This document shows, piece by piece, positions 58,224 to 64,000 of a DNA stretch of 64,000 nt. This stretch comes from an uncultured virus (IMG/VR IMGVR_UViG_3300021960_000026). Lineage: Duplodnaviria > Heunggongvirae > Uroviricota > Caudoviricetes. Under the pieces are notes generated by a model that saw only the letters and a program-made list of their open reading frames with translations, was not told where the DNA came from and did not search any database. The stretch is taken from IMG/VR virus record IMGVR_UViG_3300021960_000026; one strand, 5' to 3'. Numbering within the stretch: the first letter of the stretch is position 1; each line of letters begins with the position of its first letter. A program made the position numbers and the translations under genes.

Positions 58224-59120
58224 ATGGACGAAAATATCGAGTTACCAAAAGTAGACGTATCCGGACCAACTCCTGTTCAAGAAAAGAAACAGAGTCCGCT
58301 TACTGCCTACTACAGACAACCTAAAATTTACATGAAGTTACCTAGTAAAGGTGATTTCTACCCAGATGAAGCATTGGACAAGAGCGAGGATGGTCAGTAT
58401 CCTGTCTTTTCAATGACAGCAAAAGACGAACTGATTCTTAAAACTCCTGACGCCCTGTTAAGCGGTGCTTCAACAGTATCAGTGATCGAGAGCTGCATTC
58501 CTGCAATCAAGGATGGATGGAAGATGCCTTCCATTGATGTTGATGCTGCGTTGGTTGCCATTAGAATTGCAACCTACGGCGAAAAGATGGACATTGATTC
58601 CAATTGTCCGAAGTGTAGCGAAGAACTGAGGCACGAGTACGATCTAACAGACTTTTTAAATCAATTAAACAGTTTCAAATACACAAAGCAAATATCCGTT
58701 GGAGACTTGGTATTCAACATTCGTCCGTTTTCATACCGAGAAACCACAAAGAAAGCAATTACTAGAATTGAACAGGAAAAAATTTATGCAATCGTCAATG
58801 ACGAAAAGATGAGTGATGAAGAAAAGCTCGAAAGATTTGGCACAAGTTTCGTTAAGATTACGGAACTAACTGTTGAGTTGATTGCTGATGCAGTACACAG
58901 AATTGATACTCCGAACGGTTCTGAAACTGATCGTGATGCAATTAAAGCATTCATTCTAAACTCAGAGCATAAAATATTTGACACTATCAATACTAAATTG
59001 GTAGAGATGAAACAGACACTTGATTTAAAAGTAACTGGAGCAAAATGTGACAAGTGTGAACACACATTTGACATTGCGATAGGGATGGATCAAGCGGATT
59101 TTTTCGCCGCAAGATCTTAA
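58224..59120 (+). CDS. gp26: gp26-like baseplate hub / tail assembly protein
   Basis: LPS.G.FY, MTAKDE..L.TPDAL..G, D.D..L.AIR..TYG, CP.C, RP..Y.E, C.KC. Confidence 0.75.
   Translation: MDENIELPKVDVSGPTPVQEKKQSPLTAYYRQPKIYMKLPSKGDFYPDEALDKSEDGQYPVFSMTAKDELILKTPDALLSGASTVSVIESCIPAIKDGWKMPSIDVDAALVAIRIATYGEKMDIDSNCPKCSEELRHEYDLTDFLNQLNSFKYTKQISVGDLVFNIRPFSYRETTKKAITRIEQEKIYAIVNDEKMSDEEKLERFGTSFVKITELTVELIADAVHRIDTPNGSETDRDAIKAFILNSEHKIFDTINTKLVEMKQTLDLKVTGAKCDKCEHTFDIAIGMDQADFFAARS
59099..59105 (+). other. Candidate -1 ribosomal slippery heptamer T TTT TTC
   Basis: In phase with gp26 codons GAT TTT TTC; the -1 frame is open into ORF 59129-59332. Confidence 0.7.
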
Positions 59121-59128
59121 CCCTTCCT

Positions 59129-59332
59129 TTGCCGGAGATCTTGCAGGAAGTCAAGAAATTAGACAAAGAGGCAAGGAGCATAAAGAAAGACATTCTCAAA
59201 ATGTGTTGGTACATGAGAGGTCTTTCTTACACCGAAGGTATGAACCTAGGTCACGAGGAACGTGAAATCGTAAGTGAAATAATAAAAGAAAATCTAGAAA
59301 CTACCAAAAAAAGCGGACTGCCTTTTTTCTAG
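59129..59332 (+). CDS. Small gp51-like ORF, probably expressed as a frameshift extension of gp26
   Basis: TTG start without an SD; CWYMRG.SY....L...ER..I motif; lies in the -1 frame relative to gp26. Confidence 0.6.
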   Translation: MPEILQEVKKLDKEARSIKKDILKMCWYMRGLSYTEGMNLGHEEREIVSEIIKENLETTKKSGLPFF

Positions 59333-61800
59333 GCGGCCAATAACTTCTTAGCGTCCTCAACAGCATCAGGACCCAATTTTTTAAGTTCAGCAGCAAGTTT
59401 ATTAATATCAACCGGAGCCGCAGTTGTTCCTGTTGCTGCCGTATCCTGTCCTTGTCCTGCGCCTCTATTATCAGGTGCTGGTGTTTCTCCGCTTGTAGCG
59501 TCTGGTGCTACTGATTTTCCAGTTTGTGGATCAACTGTAGCGTTATCGTCCTGACCACCACTCGTTGACGCTGTATTCGTGTCTGTGGCGCCATCTGTAG
59601 GTGCTCCTACTGGATTGCCTGTCTTGTCAAGATTGTCTTCGGGTGAAGCATCGGGTGATCCTGCTTTTGGTTTGGCAATTGGTTTGCCAGTTTTATCCAT
59701 AAGCCCCGCTTTTGGAAAATTATAAGTTTTGTTCTTTTCGTCCTTGATTGACAGGTGGGTTTCACGACCATCTTCGGACGGGCCAACAATTGTTCCTTTC
59801 ATTTGTTGACCTTTACTTGTCTTGAATGTGACTTCGGTTCCCTTTTCAATGCCCTGCTTTTTCAATTCCTTGGCTGCTGTAAATTCTTTTTCTACCTGTT
59901 TTTCTTCCTGTGGAGAAAGACCTCTTCCAAGTCTTAGGGCTCTCTGTTCCTTTGCTTTTCCTAGATCATCATCCGTTGCTGATGCTGTTGCTGTAGCACC
60001 TGCATCGTCTGTTGCTGCTGGCTCATCGCCGCCTGCATTAGCATCTGCGGCTCCGGTAGTTGAAGTGTCAGAACCTGCATCGCCTGCTGTTGAATCGGTA
60101 GGTGCATCTGCGTTTGTATCTGCATCCGCTGCGCCTGCGTCTTTATCAGCATCCGGTGCATCCGTTGCTGCTGGTGGCTTGATCTGCATTGAGTCATAGG
60201 TACCCTTGATAACATCGTCGGATACTCCCATGCCCTTTATGACATTGTATATCTCATCTGAATCCGTTGGCGAACCCGCTTTCTTCCAGGCAGTGTTTAA
60301 TTTTTCAGCAGTAACCTTTGTGGTAACCTGTTTGGCTGCGCCCTTGATGGCACCGCCAATTGCCTTGGCACCTTTCTTGAGTGCATCAAGCGGTCCTTCG
60401 TTGATTGTTTGTCTGTTGTAGTGTGAAAGTGCATCAAACACGCTTTCAAACATTATTTTGTTTTCCAGCATGTGTGTGTTTACTTTTTCTAATCTGTTAA
60501 ACAGTAGATAAATTTGGCCTTCTGAAAGTTTCTTGCCCTTGATAATTCTGCTTTCATTTCCCTTGACAATGTTTGGATTTTCTTCTTCCTCACCTGCTTC
60601 GCCTTCCAGTTCTGCTTTTTGTTCAGGACTAATTGGTTTAGCCTTGTGCATTTCCTTGGCATCGCTATCAACAGTTTGTACAGCACCCTGTGCCGCTGCT
60701 CCTGCTGCTCCGCCAATACCTTGTATTGTTTCAATTGCTTCGTCTGCATTGTCAAGCACTGCAATAACTGCATCCAACTGATCACCTGTCAATGCATCTC
60801 TAGGAATGTCTGCTATGGTTCTTGCAAGTGCGGTTAGGTCTGCGTTTGCCTGTTGTGTTGTTGAGAGCCAACCGTGTAATTCGCCTGCCGCTTTGTAATA
60901 CTCCGGACTAAATGCTTTTGCGTTTGACGCCGCTGATGCTAACTGTTTGTATGTTGCAACCTGATCAGCAGTCATTGTCAAATCGTAGTTGTAATAAAAT
61001 GCATTGATGTTGCCTGATATTTCTAAATTCTGTGCTCCGTCCAACACACCTGTGCCCAATCCTGAATCTGCAACTGCCTTGTCCACTGCGGCCGTAAAGT
61101 TTGCCTTTTCAAAACCATCCATCATGGCATCTGCTTCTGCTTCACTACCAATTGCAATGTTGTCAATGATGTTATCAGTTATGCCCTTGATTGCCGCACC
61201 AGCAAGAGCACCATAGGCTGCTGTCTTGATTGACTTGCCTACTGCCGTTGAAAGTTTTTGTCCCTGTAATAAGTCCTTGGTTGCTCGTGCAAGGAAACCT
61301 GCAATGGCACCACCAAGTGGTCCACCAGCAACTGCTGCCGCTGCCGTTAGGATACCTACCGCAACTGAAGCCTTTCCTGGGTTTGCTTTTGCCCAATCCG
61401 AAACTGCCTTGACCGCATTGACTACCTTGCTGTCCTTTGAACCAATCTTTTGTTTTAGTTCCTCAAACTTAGCGTCTGCATTTTTTACTGGACCGGCCTT
61501 TTGTACCAATCCACCGAGCTTGTTAATTTGTGTATCAATCCACTTGACTGCCTCTACTGGAAGTTTTGCAACGTCAACGGCCTTGCCTGCCAACGTTCTG
61601 TTTCCACCTGCTGCATTTGAGCCCTGCTCAACGCTCGTGAATAACTGTTTGATCTGTTCAGGTGATAGGTTTGCTTCAAACACATACTGTTCAATTCTCG
61701 TAACCCAAGGATGGATTTCCTTCTGTTCAAACAGCGTCCATGCCGGATCGTTCCAGCCTTCAGTAACCAATTGTCTTTTTTGTATCTGTCCTAGTCTCAT
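59329..61800 (-). CDS. Large Ala-rich putative internal virion / ejection protein
   Basis: 823 aa; hydrophobic Gly/Ala hairpin; disordered C-terminus; several protease-like Glu sites. Confidence 0.55.
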   Translation of the reverse strand: MRLGQIQKRQLVTEGWNDPAWTLFEQKEIHPWVTRIEQYVFEANLSPEQIKQLFTSVEQGSNAAGGNRTLAGKAVDVAKLPVEAVKWIDTQINKLGGLVQKAGPVKNADAKFEELKQKIGSKDSKVVNAVKAVSDWAKANPGKASVAVGILTAAAAVAGGPLGGAIAGFLARATKDLLQGQKLSTAVGKSIKTAAYGALAGAAIKGITDNIIDNIAIGSEAEADAMMDGFEKANFTAAVDKAVADSGLGTGVLDGAQNLEISGNINAFYYNYDLTMTADQVATYKQLASAASNAKAFSPEYYKAAGELHGWLSTTQQANADLTALARTIADIPRDALTGDQLDAVIAVLDNADEAIETIQGIGGAAGAAAQGAVQTVDSDAKEMHKAKPISPEQKAELEGEAGEEEENPNIVKGNESRIIKGKKLSEGQIYLLFNRLEKVNTHMLENKIMFESVFDALSHYNRQTINEGPLDALKKGAKAIGGAIKGAAKQVTTKVTAEKLNTAWKKAGSPTDSDEIYNVIKGMGVSDDVIKGTYDSMQIKPPAATDAPDADKDAGAADADTNADAPTDSTAGDAGSDTSTTGAADANAGGDEPAATDDAGATATASATDDDLGKAKEQRALRLGRGLSPQEEKQVEKEFTAAKELKKQGIEKGTEVTFKTSKGQQMKGTIVGPSEDGRETHLSIKDEKNKTYNFPKAGLMDKTGKPIAKPKAGSPDASPEDNLDKTGNPVGAPTDGATDTNTASTSGGQDDNATVDPQTGKSVAPDATSGETPAPDNRGAGQGQDTAATGTTAAPVDINKLAAELKKLGPDAVEDAKKLLAA

Positions 61801-62696
61801 TATAGCATCTTCATCAGTTGTTGTTTATCTCTTGCTGGAAGTTGTTCCAACTGTTTCTTTAATTCTGGTGGTAGCGTTGATCCAGGTTCAGCAAATTGAT
61901 CCTTTGCTGCCTGACCCGCTGCCTTAAATGCTCCTCCAATGCCTCCGCCCTGTGCGTCTGCTGGAGCAACACCTGTTCCTGTATCCTTTTGTCCGCCTTC
62001 GTCACGTGCAACTGCCTGTCTTACCGCTGCCATGAATATGTTGTCCAATTGTCCTCTTGATAGGGTAACTGCACCATCCTCAAATATAAATTCTGCTTCG
62101 CTCCAATCAATGGACGCTGCCTGCATTGTTTTGTTTTGCTGGCTTGGTGGAACTATTTTCTTTCCTTTCTGGCTCTTGATAGCAACGTTATTGGTCGGAG
62201 TGGGTTGTGGTTTTTCTTGATCCTGTGATGTAGTTTGTTGTGTGTTAGTGGGTGCATTTGCATCCTTGGCACCTGCTACGGCACCCTTTGCAACATCCGC
62301 CACGCCCTTTGCCACTGCTCCAACGCCCTTGGCTATTCCGCCTGCAACCTTGCCTACGCCCTTAGCAGCCGCGCCAGCGGCCGTCCCTACGGCGGCTCCA
62401 ACTTTTTGACCAGCAGTCATCTTGGTCATTTCCTTTTCGGCATCTCCCGTAGGATAGTTGTTCTTTCTTAGAAAATCTATTACTGTCTGTGGTGTTGGCT
62501 TTCCGCCAACCTTGCCCATGAATGTATCAAATTGTTTGATTAACCAGTTGGCTTCCTTGCCAACTTCAAGATTGCCCTTTGCTTGTCTACCAGTAGCACC
62601 CGGAACGAATGATTTTGCCTTGTTAGCAAATCGTGATAGCATGCCCTGTGGTGCTTCATCTAATTGTTGTTCGATCAGAATTTCGTTTAAACGCAT
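61800..62696 (-). CDS. Putative internal virion protein
   Basis: MRLNEILIE..LDEAP start; amphipathic Ala/Gly/Lys repeats; TAAATA at 62727-62732. Confidence 0.55.
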   Translation of the reverse strand: MRLNEILIEQQLDEAPQGMLSRFANKAKSFVPGATGRQAKGNLEVGKEANWLIKQFDTFMGKVGGKPTPQTVIDFLRKNNYPTGDAEKEMTKMTAGQKVGAAVGTAAGAAAKGVGKVAGGIAKGVGAVAKGVADVAKGAVAGAKDANAPTNTQQTTSQDQEKPQPTPTNNVAIKSQKGKKIVPPSQQNKTMQAASIDWSEAEFIFEDGAVTLSRGQLDNIFMAAVRQAVARDEGGQKDTGTGVAPADAQGGGIGGAFKAAGQAAKDQFAEPGSTLPPELKKQLEQLPARDKQQLMKML

Positions 62697-62744
62697 TGAT
62701 AAATGTCCATTACTTTATTAATGTAGTATTTATGTTCGAAAGAC

Positions 62745-63326
62745 TGTAAAGAGAGATCTAAAGATCTCTTGCACTTTCGCTGTCGCTCAGTGCATTTTTC
62801 TCCTCACGAACTTTTAAGACACTTATTATATAGTGAACAATAACTGCGAAGCAGTTTTAGCATCATCTAGATTGTATGGTCACAATTAGCCCGTCTCCGG
62901 GCCAAAGGTGTGTTTTGAACATCATCTGAGTTCGCACAGTCACAATAGCATTAGAACTACAAGATTGTATAATTTACAATATTTTACACAAAATTTTAAT
63001 ATATTTTGTATATTGTACAACCTAGCGCAGGCGGTTATCCGGTACCTACTCATTCCGTCTTAGTATCTTATGTACAACGGCAGTTATACTTGAAATGCTA
63101 TCTCCAAGTATAACCTGTGGGAATGACCCACTCTTTTAGCCTATTCGTTACTTTATTATTACACAGCAAACCGGTTGTTTTAGGCATATCCGATCGTCGT
63201 CCTGTTAAGGATAGTGCTGTTGCCACTCCGCCGTTACCCAGAGAATTCCTTACCGTGCGACATCACCACGGATTTCGGGCACCATACCAGTTGCCGGTGC
63301 AGGCTTAATTAACGGTTTATACTGCC
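62745..63326 (-). ncRNA. Candidate large structured non-coding RNA / DNA element
   Basis: About 580 nt without a credible ORF in a gene-dense genome; more than 10 hairpins, several needing G-U pairs on the minus strand; GAGA tetraloop. Confidence 0.6.
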
Positions 63327-63761
63327 TTAGAGTATTGTTTTGAGGTGTTCTTTTAGAATTTTGGAACCGCCCACTCGCACGTTGATTATTCCATTGTAAT
63401 AATCGTCTGTTTCCAGCACCCTGCGATCAAACTGTTCCTTTGCCTCTAGATAACTTAGTATGCCTTTGCTTGGACAATAGTGAAGAATTTCTCTTGTAAA
63501 CTTTTCTTCGCCTAGTTTTGCAACGTCTTCCAGAAGATTGTCCGAGGAGCCCCAATAGTCTCTCCAATCGCTTTCAACTGTTGAACGTCTTTTATTTTTT
63601 CTGCCTTTTAAAGGTGGTCTAGTTTTTTTGAATTGAGCAAGTTTCTTGCCTATGTATTTTCGCCCGTTTGTGAGATTTGTGATCAAATAGACAAAGCCAA
63701 TGCATCCCTCCGGAATTTCATCAACAATTTTGTTATTATGTGTCCATTTGTGAGTCGTCAT
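63327..63761 (-). CDS. Minimal GIY-YIG family nuclease
   Basis: GFVYLITN..NGRKYIGKK, YWGSS, F.REIL, LE..EQ, YYN; no C-terminal DNA-binding domain. Confidence 0.85.
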   Translation of the reverse strand: MTTHKWTHNNKIVDEIPEGCIGFVYLITNLTNGRKYIGKKLAQFKKTRPPLKGRKNKRRSTVESDWRDYWGSSDNLLEDVAKLGEEKFTREILHYCPSKGILSYLEAKEQFDRRVLETDDYYNGIINVRVGGSKILKEHLKTIL

Positions 63762-63993
63762 CAGTCTTACTTACTTTCGACGGTCGACCCACCATGCCTT
63801 TTCTGGCTTCCTTCCTATCTGATCTCTTATTTTGGATTTCTAATCTGCGTGTGCTTGCGTGCCTTCTTATTTCACTTAGCCAAAATCTTGCCTTTATTCC
63901 TGCCTCGTCTGATTCCTTGTATTCAAAACGTTCCTGCCACTTGAAGTAGTTTTGGAACGCTTCTATCATTTGATCATGTGAATCAGTACTCAT
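63736..63993 (-). CDS. Hypothetical basic helical protein
   Basis: 85 aa; A..KAR..L.EI......RR.EIQ. Confidence 0.6.
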   Translation of the reverse strand: MSTDSHDQMIEAFQNYFKWQERFEYKESDEAGIKARFWLSEIRRHASTRRLEIQNKRSDRKEARKGMVGRPSKVSKTDDDSQMDT

Positions 63994-64000
63994 GCTTTCT

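Noticed and set aside
62861..62949. CRISPR or TIGR array interpretation of the twin repeats
   Set aside because: Only two units with 10-11-nt cores and no cas or Nop-domain gene in the window; kept only as an unexplained motif
63117..63308. 63-aa plus-strand ORF in the non-coding tract
   Set aside because: No RBS or late box, atypical composition, and it overlaps the hairpin-dense region antisense to neighbouring genes
62745..63326. Group I intron hosting the GIY-YIG ORF
   Set aside because: Flanking genes look complete rather than split exons, and I could not identify P7/J8-7 consensus elements by eye; a covariance-model search is needed to exclude it fully
1..64000. tRNA genes or stop-codon reassignment
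   Set aside because: No tRNA cloverleaf with a T-loop consensus was noticed in intergenic gaps; core genes are full-length in the standard code

Overview
A 64-kb segment of a large, AT-rich, T4-like (contractile-tailed) dsDNA phage genome read in the standard genetic code, covering most of the virion morphogenesis region. Recognisable core genes are terminase (gp17, probable gp16), head-completion gp4, tail tube gp19 plus a tube-like paralog, an enlarged tail sheath gp18, neck/tail-terminator gp13/14/15, major capsid gp23, scaffold gp22, prohead protease gp21, portal gp20, a tape-measure-like protein and a gp26-like hub protein. Between them lie a ~20-kb block of paralogous fibre/adhesin genes and an accessory cassette of 2OG-Fe(II) oxygenases plus a flavin-dependent halogenase. 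The most notable unexplained signals are four. (1) A ~600-nt, hairpin-dense non-coding tract (probable minus-strand RNA) starts right at the stop codon of a minimal GIY-YIG nuclease gene; it carries twin conserved motifs with variable cores and a GCGAAGC DNA mini-hairpin. (2) An in-phase T TTT TTC slippery site would fuse the gp26-like ORF to the next ORF by -1 frameshift, as in lambda G/GT tail chaperones. (3) TAA(A/G)TA late promoters sit mostly 5 nt before ATG, implying widespread leaderless late mRNAs. (4) Two structured 5' leaders share an identical 13-nt promoter/start sequence. All calls come from reading motifs by eye; no database searches were run.
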